Shown one piece after another: positions 1 through 9,767 of a DNA stretch of 64,000 bases. How positions within the stretch are numbered: position 1 is the stretch's first letter; the number at the start of each line of letters is the position of its first letter. A program made the position numbers and the translations under genes. Origin of the DNA: Promethearchaeota archaeon (GTDB taxonomy: Archaea; Asgardarchaeota; Lokiarchaeia; Sigyniarchaeales; SOKP01); the NCBI GenBank assembly GCA_048938895.1, contig JBHLLU010000007.1, forward strand, positions 1-64,000. Reading direction: 5' to 3'. A model generated the notes under the pieces. It saw nothing but the letters and a program-made list of their open reading frames with translations, was not told the origin of the DNA and did not search any database.

Positions 1-103
1 ATTTAAGTTAAATAATTAAAAATTAAAATCTATTAATATCTGAATTATATTATGAACCATCAAAAAAAAGTTTTTCCTTATTAAAACAATTAAGTAAGAT
101 TTA

Positions 104-349
104 TTATTTAATAATTTTATATTTCTGTTTGAAAACTTCAATTCTTTTTTCGAAATTTAATTTCCAATTTTTATTCTCTGATCTTTTCCAATAAGAATGT
201 GGTAAACTTGGAATATTATTTTCATCACATAACCTCTTGAAGAGATCAAAACTTACTCCAAATGCTTTAGCTAAATGGACACGAGGTCCAATAAGTAATA
301 ATTCTTCAAGTAATTCTTTTTTATTAATTTTCTCTACTAGAGAGTTTTT
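104..349 (-). pseudogene. Start-less open frame with an HTH-like segment; probable gene remnant
   Basis: Manual translation gives LVEKINKKELLEELLLIGPRVHLAKAFGVSFDLFKRLCDENNIPSLPHSYWKRS...KYKIIK*. In-frame stops lie just upstream and there is no canonical start codon. Confidence 0.35.
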
Positions 350-642
350 TTATCTTTATCAAATTTGGTTCAAAATTCTAGGAGCTCTAATTATGGAAAA
401 AAGCAGAGATGTATTAACAAATCGAGGGTAAACTGTTAGTAATGAAGATAAATTTCTAAAATGTTAAAAAACTAGCCTAGGGAGATTATTCCATTATATA
501 AGTTTTTTAGAGATTATTAAAATTAAGTAGGTTCTCCCCTTCTACCTTTGACTGAACAAAAAATTTTTAGGTTTTATGCCCCAAATACCAAATTTTATTT
601 TTAATAGTGTATTAAATACAGTATCAAATATCGATGAATTAT

Positions 643-681
643 GAAAATATATTTGTATTTATGTATATTTGAAGGAGATGA
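643..681 (+). promoter_or_regulatory. Candidate kink-turn-like hairpin plus SD site in the rpl7ae leader
   Basis: GA-AAATATA (643-651) pairs with TATATTT-GA (664-672), immediately followed by GGAGATGA. The canonical C-stem is weak. Confidence 0.3.
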
Positions 682-687
682 TTAAAA

Positions 688-1059
688 ATATCGTATGTCA
701 AATTTCAAATCCCGGATCAACTAAAAAACCTACTTAAGAATGCTTTAAGTAAAGTTGCTGAAGCACGAGATTCTAAAATCCGCAAGGGTATGAACGAGGT
801 TACTAAATCAATTGAAAGACAATTAGCGAAACTTGTAGTTATGGCAGAAGACGTTACTCCTCCAGAAATTTTGTTTCATATTCCACTCTTGTGTGAGGAA
901 AAAGGAATTCCTTATGCATATCTATCGACTAAGAAAGAACTTGGAAATACTGTGAGAATAAATGTATCAGCAAGTGCTATTGGTATAGAAAACGTGGGAA
1001 CGGGAAATGAAGGCGTATTAGATGATGTGATAAAAAAAATTGGTGAAATTAAGAAGTAG
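688..1059 (+). CDS. rpl7ae: Ribosomal protein L7Ae (eL8); probable ATA start
   Basis: SYVKF...KIRKGMNEVTKSIER...LVVMAEDVTPPEILFHIPLLCEEKGIPY matches L7Ae. Homology extends 34 codons upstream of ATG 790 to ATA 688; in-frame TGA at 679. Confidence 0.95.
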   Translation: MSYVKFQIPDQLKNLLKNALSKVAEARDSKIRKGMNEVTKSIERQLAKLVVMAEDVTPPEILFHIPLLCEEKGIPYAYLSTKKELGNTVRINVSASAIGIENVGTGNEGVLDDVIKKIGEIKK

Positions 1060-1077
1060 TACTTATGGTGATACAAT

Positions 1078-1323
1078 TTGGTTAAATTAGATAAATCAAA
1101 GAGTGTAAATGTTCAAGATTTGTCGATACCTGCTCAGGTAATTCAAATTATTGGACGTACTGGACTCACAGGTGAGATTACTCAGATAAAGGTGAGAATT
1201 TTAGAAGGTCCTGACAAGAACAGAATATTAACCCGGAATGTAAAAGGCCCTATAAGGATGGATGATATTGTCATCTTAAGAGAAGTCGAACGTGAAGCTC
1301 GTAAGATTAGAGGTCGTCGTTAA
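1078..1323 (+). CDS. rps28e: Ribosomal protein S28e (eS28)
   Basis: [24 protein letters not shown]...[18 protein letters not shown] signature; GGTGAT SD; follows rpl7ae. Confidence 0.95.
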   Translation: MVKLDKSKSVNVQDLSIPAQVIQIIGRTGLTGEITQIKVRILEGPDKNRILTRNVKGPIRMDDIVILREVEREARKIRGRR

Positions 1324-1429
1324 CTCTAAACGTGTTTTTATTAAACTTTGATAATTAAATCATAAATTTTCTTATTTTATTCAGTGCAATTTTAGTTTAA
1401 TTTAAAAATTTTAAGTTAAACCACTTGTT

Positions 1430-2242
1430 ATGCAAGATTCAAAAAAGCGTTATAAAATAGTAATTTTTTCAGCTATATTAATTGGGGTTATCTCTATATC
1501 TTTTTTATATTTATTTTCTCTCCATCTCATAGCAAAAGCGTTTGCTGATTATAAAGGAGCATTACAAGTAGTATCGATTATATCTGCTCGAATTGTAGTT
1601 TTATCTATTATCTCTTATTATCTATTCAACAAGTGGTTCAATCAAGAAGCCCAATATCTATCTGACATCCCGTTTTTGTTAGGTTTGTTCTTCATTATTC
1701 TCATTTTTGGAAAGGCAATTGATCTCATCTGGGACCTTACGTTTTTTACCTTTAATGATGAATTAGTTTTAATATTTTTAAAATTCAGATTTTTTATCAT
1801 AATATTTGAAATTGCACCTCTTCTTTACCTTGGTATGGAGATAATATTCTTTAGGTTGGAAGATCGTTATAATAAACTGAAAGACAAGAATTACATGAAT
1901 AATTTAAGGTTTAAACTTATAACGATTATTCTTTCCGTAGAATCAGTAATAATTCTTATTACACCACATGTTACCCTGTTAGGAATGTTTTTGCCTATGA
2001 TGCTTATTCCCTCTTTATTAGGAATCGTTTATATTTTTTATTTAGCTTATAGATTAAACCGCCTTTCAGTTGTGAAGCCTAAGATTCTAACAATTGGTTT
2101 TTTCATTTATCTAATCTCAAATGTCTTTAGGCCTACTATGCAAAGACTTCTAGGCGAAAATGCTAGTTATATTATTGTAGTAGAATCTGTAGATTTAATT
2201 ATTTTCGTAGTAATCTTCTTAGGTTTGTATAAAAAGTCTTAG
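1430..2242 (+). CDS. Multi-pass membrane protein of unknown function
   Basis: 270-aa ORF with about 7-8 hydrophobic segments. Confidence 0.75.
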   Translation: MQDSKKRYKIVIFSAILIGVISISFLYLFSLHLIAKAFADYKGALQVVSIISARIVVLSIISYYLFNKWFNQEAQYLSDIPFLLGLFFIILIFGKAIDLIWDLTFFTFNDELVLIFLKFRFFIIIFEIAPLLYLGMEIIFFRLEDRYNKLKDKNYMNNLRFKLITIILSVESVIILITPHVTLLGMFLPMMLIPSLLGIVYIFYLAYRLNRLSVVKPKILTIGFFIYLISNVFRPTMQRLLGENASYIIVVESVDLIIFVVIFLGLYKKS

Positions 2243-2413
2243 ATTTAGACACATTCTAAAAACTATTATTTCACATTTAAGTTTTTAAATTTCGAGTTTT
2301 GTGAAAATATTTAAATATTAGAAAAACATTCATTGTTTGAAGGTTTCATATAATTTGAAGAATAAAAAAAGATATGGTGATACATTATACGCTTAAGTAA
2401 CCAATCAGATCTA

Positions 2414-4141
2414 TTGGAAGAGAATAAAATCATAATTATAGGGGATCTTAAAATTAAAGAACATAAGAATTTGAAAAATCTGCTCATATTTATTGTATTA
2501 CTTATCATTTCTTTATCGATTTTAGAACTTAATAAAGAGATAAGTTACTTTCGCTATGAAAGAGTTCAGTTTGAATCCTCTGGGGCAAGGTTGTATGCAA
2601 ATTTATATTATCCCTCAAAGATATTAAACTTTCAGGAAAAAAGACCTTTAGTAATTTATTGCCATGGAATTGGATCAAAACGTGATTTTGACTTAAGGAT
2701 CCCCGTTGAATTTACCAAAAGAGGATTTTACGTCGCTGCCTTGGATTATCAGGGCCATGGCGAGAGCGAAGGAAATATAAATAATATTGATCCTATAACA
2801 GGTATCCCTGCTTTAGCCCAAGATTGTTCAAAATTATTAGACAAATTAGAAACTTTACCGTTTTATAAAGATGTTAATCTAACACAAATAGGATTAATTG
2901 GTCATTCACTGGGAGGGATGGTAGTATTAATGAATCAAGCATTAGATTCTCGGTTCAAAGCAACTGTAGGGTTAGCTCCTTTAGTAAATCTGGAGCCTCC
3001 CAGATTTGGGTTTGTTTATAATGAACAATTCATGGAATATATCCCTGTGAATCTATTGAATCAAGAAAATTCAGAAAATCTTCTGATTATTCACCATCTA
3101 AAGGATGATATCTTAGATTTTACTGAAAATGCTCTTAAAGCTCAACAATTAACTAACTGTTCATTAATTACAATGAAGGGGTTTATGATAGGAGGTCCTC
3201 ATCAATTATTTTCAGATAAAGTTCTTATAGAATCAATTAATTGGTTCGAATCTCATTTCTTTAAATCCGAATCAATAAATGGGCTTATTTTTATTACATT
3301 TTATTGGAATTACTTCTTCATTGTAATCAATCTGATCCTGTTATTTGTAATTGTAATATCTTTGACTTCAATCTCAAGTAAATTGATCTTTAGAAAAGAA
3401 CAAAGATCTGAAAAATCATTATCTTTTGAATTTGAGAGAATTCCTACAAATAAGCAAAAAAAAGTACAAATTATAAAAGTTTTTCTTTCAATTGGTATCT
3501 TTATATGTAATTGGGTAATATTTGAAAGAATTTTTAGTTTACCTGGATTGCTATATGCTTCCTTAATCATGATTTTACTATACTTTTGCATAAAATTGTA
3601 CAGTTATTTGAAAAAATCTAAAAGTGAGAGAGTAAAACTAAATTTTCTTAAAATTGTAAAAGACCAATTTAAATTGAAATATATTTTCTTTAATATCATT
3701 AATATCGTTTACTTTATAGTCATTTATATGATGTTTTCATTTTATTATCCTTTTAGCTTCATATGGCCATCTAATTTTGTTGTACATTTTATTCTTGGAT
3801 ATATGGCATTTCCTATATTTTTATCTGTGGAGCTACTCTTTAGGAAGATAATTTATCCTCAATTAACCTTCCTAAAGTCAAAGAATTCAAAAAATAAAGT
3901 CATATTAATAACCACTATTTTAGTATTAATTAATCTAATGTTCTTAACCAAACGGTTATCTTACTTTCCATCGTTGCTTTTTACTTTTCTTATTTTTGTA
4001 TTAGTTATAATACAAAATTCAAAGATATTCGAAAACGTAAAAAGTTTTTATCCAGTAGTAATTATTTCTTTTACAATAATACAAATCTTTTTTGCTGCTG
4101 TAATCTCAAATGCTATTGGTATAAGTCTTTCGATCAACTAA
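2414..4141 (+). CDS. Membrane-anchored alpha/beta hydrolase with a C-terminal multi-TM domain (possible ATA start at 2387)
   Basis: HG oxyanion motif, DYQGHGES and GHSLGG nucleophile elbow; N-terminal TM and many C-terminal TMs. Confidence 0.85.
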   Translation: MEENKIIIIGDLKIKEHKNLKNLLIFIVLLIISLSILELNKEISYFRYERVQFESSGARLYANLYYPSKILNFQEKRPLVIYCHGIGSKRDFDLRIPVEFTKRGFYVAALDYQGHGESEGNINNIDPITGIPALAQDCSKLLDKLETLPFYKDVNLTQIGLIGHSLGGMVVLMNQALDSRFKATVGLAPLVNLEPPRFGFVYNEQFMEYIPVNLLNQENSENLLIIHHLKDDILDFTENALKAQQLTNCSLITMKGFMIGGPHQLFSDKVLIESINWFESHFFKSESINGLIFITFYWNYFFIVINLILLFVIVISLTSISSKLIFRKEQRSEKSLSFEFERIPTNKQKKVQIIKVFLSIGIFICNWVIFERIFSLPGLLYASLIMILLYFCIKLYSYLKKSKSERVKLNFLKIVKDQFKLKYIFFNIINIVYFIVIYMMFSFYYPFSFIWPSNFVVHFILGYMAFPIFLSVELLFRKIIYPQLTFLKSKNSKNKVILITTILVLINLMFLTKRLSYFPSLLFTFLIFVLVIIQNSKIFENVKSFYPVVIISFTIIQIFFAAVISNAIGISLSIN

Positions 4142-4166
4142 AATTTTCTACTTTCTTATTAAAAAA

Positions 4167-4772
4167 TTAACTATTTTTCAAATGTTTCTTGTTGACCAAA
4201 ATTTTAAGCTCTGAAACAAGCCAACATAATTCTTCATATGTAGCCGAAGATTTAAGAATTTCATTAAATTTTTTGGTTATTTCTTTTTCAGATGGTTTTT
4301 CAGTAGTTCTTAGGAGAGAAAGTTGCAATTCAGCTAATTTTCGAGATAAATCCTCATAAGAAACCTTATCTTCTGAAAGGTTGTGAGCAGCAAGGGTTAT
4401 TTCGGCTTCAAGATCCATATCCAATCCCGAATCAATAAGTTCAAGAGTATCCTCAATTTCAATTTCTAATTCCTCCCTTTTTACTAGAGAATTAGTTTCA
4501 TGAAGACCCTTTCTAAGAACATCCATAATGGCAAGAAAGGCACCATATTCTTTACCCTGATTGATAATATAGATCTTTGCTGGATTTTTTCGTTTATCGT
4601 TTAAATTTTTAGCCCTTTTCCTAGCAAACTCTCTTTTCCTTTCAGATGAGCTTGAACCAAACCATAAATATATAGTTTTAAAGTCATCAATTAAATAGAC
4701 TTTAGCATTGCTAAAAACACCCTTTTTCACCTGTCTACTTTGTCCGTTTTCATAAATGCTAAAGAGTTTCAC
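4167..4772 (-). CDS. Single gelsolin-like domain protein with a helical C-terminal domain
   Basis: VYLIDDFKTIYLWFGSSSS..K...A..RA...I.QGKE...F is the gelsolin core. The C-terminal part has the repeated helices YEDLSRKLAEL and YEELCWLVSEL. Confidence 0.8.
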   Translation of the reverse strand: MKLFSIYENGQSRQVKKGVFSNAKVYLIDDFKTIYLWFGSSSSERKREFARKRAKNLNDKRKNPAKIYIINQGKEYGAFLAIMDVLRKGLHETNSLVKREELEIEIEDTLELIDSGLDMDLEAEITLAAHNLSEDKVSYEDLSRKLAELQLSLLRTTEKPSEKEITKKFNEILKSSATYEELCWLVSELKILVNKKHLKNS

Positions 4773-4914
4773 GGTTTTTATTTTCCGTTTATAATTTCAT
4801 ATAGTAAAACTAAGTAAAAATGCATATTAAATTTTAACTCATAGAAAATTTACTTAGAACTGAAAATAGATATGAACCTAATAAAAAGGGAAAGGATTAT
4901 ACTACTATACTTAT

Positions 4915-5124
4915 TTACTCGGTTTCATTAAAAAAGCCGAGTAATTTTAAGTTTTTATATTCACTATGTAAGAATTCTCTTAATGCAATTCGAATAGCCT
5001 CAGACCTGCTTGGTACAATCTTCATCCTTATAAGTTTCTGAATATTTTGATCATATATTTCAGGTAAGTTAATCGTAATGTTAACCATTTTAGGTTTAGA
5101 TTTCTTTTCTCTTATCTCTGTCAT
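4915..5124 (-). CDS. Ribbon-helix-helix (CopG/MetJ/Arc) DNA-binding protein
   Basis: NITINLP...IQKLI....PSRSEAIRIALREFL RHH pattern; GGAG SD. Confidence 0.85.
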   Translation of the reverse strand: MTEIREKKSKPKMVNITINLPEIYDQNIQKLIRMKIVPSRSEAIRIALREFLHSEYKNLKLLGFFNETE

Positions 5125-5412
5125 TGATTTGACTCCAAACAGTACTGATTTCTAATTACCAGTGTTAGATAATGAATGGGTAAAGTTAAAATGCAGGTAT
5201 ATTCTTTGCTTAAAACACATTCTCTCTTTTCCAATAATATATTATAAGTAACGTATGTATAAAAAGTTATTTATGCTTATTTTAAGTATTTAAAGGTTCC
5301 AATATCAGATATAATTTATTTTAATTCTTTAAATGCCTAGATGAACAATTAATAGGATTGATTAATAGATTGATTGAACATTTTTTATTATTAATAAAAA
5401 ATAGCCCTGTCG

Positions 5413-6273
5413 TTAATAAGAACTTCTCAATTTTTTTCTTTTATAAATAAATTTAATTAAAGATACAATTCCTAAAAGAAGAAATACAACAAAACTATCT
5501 CCCATTGAGATTACTGTTAACATGGGATTATTATAATTATCATAAGATATATAGACAGATTCCAGACCTGGAGGAATTAAAACATTTTTAAATCCCCATA
5601 TATACCTATTACCGTTAGGAATTTCAATAATCTCAAATGTAATTTGCTGGCTAGATAAGATATTGTAGGTATCTGGTTGCTGTCCGAAAACCCTAAATTC
5701 AATGATTTCCGAAATAGTTCCATTCCATATTCTAGCAGTCCCAATATCATAATGGAATGACAGGATCCCTACATCATATACAAAAATAGTTTTAAAATTA
5801 TATTTAAGAATGGTAGTTTTATTTTCTAGTAAAGTTATATTACAAACTATCAAATTCCTATGAACCATATTAATATAATCATCCCAAGAATAATGTTCAC
5901 CCGATTCATACTCAATAATCTCATAAGGAAGTATAGAATCGTTCATTTTAATCGTACATGTAGAATTCAATCCTAACAAGTGATCCGAAAATGGAGCAGC
6001 AATAGTTAAGTTCAAAGTTTCATTTGGATTATAAAGTGTATAATTTCCCGAAAATTCTAAATCAAAATGATTATCGAGATAAGTAGCGTTTATCTCAATC
6101 AAAACACTAGCATTAGGCATAAAGCAGGAACTATCAACCTTGGGGATAAATCCTCCAAACTCTGAGGTTTGAATTGGTGCTAGATTAGCTTTTGAATTTG
6201 AGATTTCTTTGTTTAAAAATACTAAAGAAATGAAGAAGAAGATTACAATATATGCAAACTTTGATTCTTTCAT
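5413..6273 (-). CDS. Secreted or surface protein with signal peptide and C-terminal TM anchor
   Basis: Hydrophobic N-terminus, beta-rich body with many N-x-S/T sequons, and a C-terminal ISMG-TM-KRKK tail. Confidence 0.75.
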   Translation of the reverse strand: MKESKFAYIVIFFFISLVFLNKEISNSKANLAPIQTSEFGGFIPKVDSSCFMPNASVLIEINATYLDNHFDLEFSGNYTLYNPNETLNLTIAAPFSDHLLGLNSTCTIKMNDSILPYEIIEYESGEHYSWDDYINMVHRNLIVCNITLLENKTTILKYNFKTIFVYDVGILSFHYDIGTARIWNGTISEIIEFRVFGQQPDTYNILSSQQITFEIIEIPNGNRYIWGFKNVLIPPGLESVYISYDNYNNPMLTVISMGDSFVVFLLLGIVSLIKFIYKRKKLRSSY

Positions 6274-6341
6274 TTACTTAAAAAGAAAATAAATTGCTTA
6301 TTAAACTCTTTTGTCAAAATTTCAATTTTTCAGGGAAATGA

Positions 6342-7016
6342 TTATTTTCTTTCTTCTGATTTTACATATCTACCCCGTGTTTCGATTGCATCAATGTTTT
6401 CAATAATAGATTTATGAATGCTTGAATTTACTCTCTCATATTCTAATCGATATCCTTCAAGAAAAGCGTTGAAACAAATTTCATAGTGATCTCCATGAGA
6501 CGATGCTAATACTCTCTTGAAGAGATGCAGATCAACGCTTTTATCTTCGATTGTATCTGAATATTCATGTAATCCGAAGTCAATAAGGAAGATTTTTTCA
6601 TTCTTGGTAATTATTAGATTGCTAGTTGTAACATCTCCGTGGATATGACCATTAATATGTAAAAGAGCAACCATTTGTCCTATAAACTTAAAATACTTCT
6701 CTTTTTTAGTATTACTTATAGTACCTAAGACATTTTTTAACTTCTGCCCTTCAATGAATTTCATAATAATAGTTGAATTTTGAGTATCTACCTCATAAAC
6801 AGTAGGAACATTTATACCATAAGATTTGACTTTAATTAATGCCCTTCCCTCATTTAAGGTCCTTTCATGCCGAATTTTTCTATCTATTTCTCCTAGACGA
6901 TATTCTTTTGGAATGCGGTATTTAAAAATTACTCGTTTATCAAACCAGCTACCAAGCCATAGACTTGCTTCAGCCCCTTTGTGAATAAGTTTTTCCTTAT
7001 ATATTGCAGAATTCAT
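6342..7016 (-). CDS. bud32: KEOPS kinase/ATPase Bud32
   Basis: KGAEA, K.RIPK.YR, HGDVTTSN, IDFGL and C-terminal RGRY; directly downstream of kae1. Confidence 0.95.
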   Translation of the reverse strand: MNSAIYKEKLIHKGAEASLWLGSWFDKRVIFKYRIPKEYRLGEIDRKIRHERTLNEGRALIKVKSYGINVPTVYEVDTQNSTIIMKFIEGQKLKNVLGTISNTKKEKYFKFIGQMVALLHINGHIHGDVTTSNLIITKNEKIFLIDFGLHEYSDTIEDKSVDLHLFKRVLASSHGDHYEICFNAFLEGYRLEYERVNSSIHKSIIENIDAIETRGRYVKSEERK

Positions 7017-7018
7017 TT

Positions 7019-8041
7019 TTATTCACCATTCCTCCAAGGAACTGTAATTTTATCCATTCTTTCTTTAGGTTGGACTATTGTTTTAGATATTTCATGCTTT
7101 CCCTCTGAAATATATCTTAAAATTCCGGTCCAGGCAATCATAGCACCGTTATCACCAGCATACTTTAAAGGAACTACTTCAAATCGAGCTTCATGCTCCT
7201 CACAGATATAATGAATCATCTCTTGCAATCTCTTATTCGCCGCTACTCCACCTGTAAGTAGGACTTCTTTTTTTTCCGTATGAGCTAGAGCTCGTTCAGT
7301 CACTTCAGTTAGCATAGCAAAAGCAGTTTCTTGTAATGAATTTGCCACATCATTAAGATTATATTTATCATTGAATTCTGGGGATTCTAATAAACGTTTT
7401 GCGGCTGAATAAAGTCCGGAAAAGGAGAGATCCATGCCTTTAACTACATAAGGTAAATGGAGATATTTTCTTGAATGTAAAGCTAATTTTTCAATCTTTG
7501 GACCTCCAGGATGGCTTAATCCTGCATCTCGAGCAAAGGAATCAATCATATTACCTACAGCTATATCAAGAGTTTCCCCAAATATTTGATATCTATTTGA
7601 TTCAAATGCACTGACAATAGTATTTCCCCCAGAAACATACAGAGTTAACGGATCTGCAATATTACATGTTAATCGTCCAATTTCTATATGGGCAATACAA
7701 TGATTTACAGCAATAAGAGGAGTTTCCAAAATCTGACTTAACATTCGAGCTACTAAAGCACCTATTTTTAATACGGGTCCCAAACCAGGACTCTTACTGA
7801 ATGCGATTAAATTTACTTGTTTAATAGATAGGTCTGCTTCTTTAAGAGCCTTATTAATAGCATTAGCAAAACAATTTAAGTGATGTTCCCGGACTAACAT
7901 AGGATGAAGTCCTCCTGTTTCTGGTATAAAAGTATCATTAACAAGAGAATGAACTCCTCCTTCAAAATCAACTATACCCACACCCCATGTATGCGCGGTG
8001 CTTTCAATACCTAAACAGTACTTTTTCATTAATTTCGCCAA
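7019..8041 (-). CDS. kae1: tRNA N6-threonylcarbamoyltransferase Kae1
   Basis: LGIESTAHT, PGLGP, NHCIAHIE, LYVSGGNT, GETLDIA, GGVAAN and DNGAMIA motifs. Confidence 0.97.
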   Translation of the reverse strand: MAKLMKKYCLGIESTAHTWGVGIVDFEGGVHSLVNDTFIPETGGLHPMLVREHHLNCFANAINKALKEADLSIKQVNLIAFSKSPGLGPVLKIGALVARMLSQILETPLIAVNHCIAHIEIGRLTCNIADPLTLYVSGGNTIVSAFESNRYQIFGETLDIAVGNMIDSFARDAGLSHPGGPKIEKLALHSRKYLHLPYVVKGMDLSFSGLYSAAKRLLESPEFNDKYNLNDVANSLQETAFAMLTEVTERALAHTEKKEVLLTGGVAANKRLQEMIHYICEEHEARFEVVPLKYAGDNGAMIAWTGILRYISEGKHEISKTIVQPKERMDKITVPWRNGE

Positions 8042-8136
8042 GATGTATAAAAGAACTCTAATAATTCTTAAGTTGAAGTACGAATTATCGAGAAAAATAG
8101 TAATAAAAGAGAACTTAGTAAAATTGATGGTTTGAT

Positions 8137-8352
8137 TTATCCATCAATGGATTTAACACGTTTTCGAGGAGTTCTTCTTGATGCCTTTCCTTTAGCTGTA
8201 CCTTTTCTTTTAAAGACTGCATAACCACATTTCCCACAACTCCATCGATCGTAATGATTCGCAAGAAAATAACTCGGACCACATTTAGGACACGATCTAT
8301 GAGTTCTCACTAACTTGTCTCCTTCGAGTTTATAATATTTTGAAGCGTCCAT
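8137..8352 (-). CDS. rps27ae: Ribosomal protein S27ae (eS31)
   Basis: YYK...CPKCG...FLANHYDRWSCGKCGY zinc ribbon; conserved operon position. Confidence 0.95.
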   Translation of the reverse strand: MDASKYYKLEGDKLVRTHRSCPKCGPSYFLANHYDRWSCGKCGYAVFKRKGTAKGKASRRTPRKRVKSIDG

Positions 8353-8369
8353 TTTACTATCCTATCTTT

Positions 8370-8726
8370 CTAATTATTTTCGAATAAATGCTTATAAGGT
8401 TCATTTCTTCTTTTAAGCTGATATATTTCCGTTCTCTTTTCCTTATCAAGATTACGAACTCTGATATAAAATGGTTCAAAAAATTGGAGCTCTTTGGCAT
8501 TATCATAGATATAGATTCTCCCTAGGGTATATGATGCCCCAAAATGGGTATCTAGTTTCTTAATAATGGTTAATTTCTCATCAGACCCTTGCATTGCAGC
8601 GATTTTCTTTTTTACATCTAATCGATTTGGAGTACTTGTCCCAAAATGATCAATTCTAATCGTGATTTCTTTTCTATCGATCAAAGGATTTTTTTTCTCT
8701 TCTATTATCTCGATCTTTAATGACAT
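8370..8726 (-). CDS. rps24e: Ribosomal protein S24e (eS24)
   Basis: EEKKNPLIDRKEI...TPNR.DV...T.FG.....G...IYD pattern. Confidence 0.95.
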   Translation of the reverse strand: MSLKIEIIEEKKNPLIDRKEITIRIDHFGTSTPNRLDVKKKIAAMQGSDEKLTIIKKLDTHFGASYTLGRIYIYDNAKELQFFEPFYIRVRNLDKEKRTEIYQLKRRNEPYKHLFENN

Positions 8727-8878
8727 GTTGAACCTTTTTTGCTTAATATGCTCAAATTCGTAAAATCATAATGGAATTCCATTTGATTTATAGAATTCAA
8801 AAGAATAGATAGAAATTAAAATTTTGCTTTTTATAAAAGTAATATCATGAATTTGCTATAAATAGTTGTTATTAGATT

Positions 8879-9466
8879 TTAGAATTTTTCCATTATTTCG
8901 ATGAACTTCTTTACTTTAGCTTGGATTTTAGCATCTACATCGATAATAACAATACCCTCCGGGATCATAAAATTTGAATCAGTTATAGGTGGTTGACCAT
9001 AAAATGCAAATTGCCCTACCTCCTTTTCAACGGGAATCTCTAAAATGAGAGGTAGCACTAGTAAATCTTCTTCACCTTCAGTTATCTTAATTAGTGTCTT
9101 TTTATTTGACTTAATCGATTCTCTGAAAAGTTTCCAACAACCTTTTTGAATAGTGCCTACTGGGTTTTGAAATTCATGAACTACATCGAAAAAATTCTCA
9201 AAATCGATATTTATTTGATTCCGTTGGGTTTTCTCATCAATTATACAAATTTTTATAAAGGATTTTAGAAAGCTATTAGCCATGAAATCTTTGGTCACAA
9301 TATCTCCTACAATATAAAAATTGATAGATTTTCCAGATTTTATATAATCTTTGAAAATATTTTCTACTTGAGTAATTGTATCCTCTCTAGTACCCGCTAT
9401 TAGAATATCAAGTGGCTCTGCATATGATTGTCTTTTTTTTTGAGGAATTCTTAAATTATAATCCAT
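8879..9466 (-). CDS. GTP-dependent dephospho-CoA kinase (DUF359 family)
   Basis: VGDIVT, IIDEKTQR, NPVGTI, GEEDLL and YGQP motifs; conserved position between spt4 and rps24e. Confidence 0.88.
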   Translation of the reverse strand: MDYNLRIPQKKRQSYAEPLDILIAGTREDTITQVENIFKDYIKSGKSINFYIVGDIVTKDFMANSFLKSFIKICIIDEKTQRNQINIDFENFFDVVHEFQNPVGTIQKGCWKLFRESIKSNKKTLIKITEGEEDLLVLPLILEIPVEKEVGQFAFYGQPPITDSNFMIPEGIVIIDVDAKIQAKVKKFIEIMEKF

Positions 9467-9558
9467 TTAAATCAAGAATAGTAAGGCAGAGTTCTATATA
9501 ATTTTTACTCTGAAATAAAGCTATGTAAGAATATAAAGAGTAAAATTTTTATATAAAT

Positions 9559-9747
9559 TTAACGTACTCTTAAAGCATATTTTCCAGGATAGTGAATTTT
9601 GAGATATTCTGCGAACTTAGACTCTTGAGGATTAATTATTATAACCTCTCCTGTAAAATCTTCGCTTAGAGTATGAGTTTTGCATTTTGGGCAAATAGTT
9701 TCGTTTTTAGTTATTAAATGACAATTTTTACATGCTTTTTCTTTCAA
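9559..9747 (-). CDS. spt4: Transcription elongation factor Spt4 (RpoE'')
   Basis: ACKNC...CPKC....LSEDFTG.VII..P..S..A....I..PGKYALRVR. Confidence 0.95.
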   Translation of the reverse strand: MKEKACKNCHLITKNETICPKCKTHTLSEDFTGEVIIINPQESKFAEYLKIHYPGKYALRVR

Positions 9748-9767
9748 TAAATCACCCTATATAATTA

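Noticed and set aside
237-431. 64-aa + strand ORF
   Set aside because: No motif or SD site; it lies antisense to a more protein-like frame.
5123-5236. 37-aa upstream ORF overlapping the RHH start (ATGA)
   Set aside because: Short, no SD site and no motif; cannot be separated from chance.
8137-8352. Ubiquitin-eS31 fusion
   Set aside because: No N-terminal ubiquitin domain; only a basic C-terminal extension is present.
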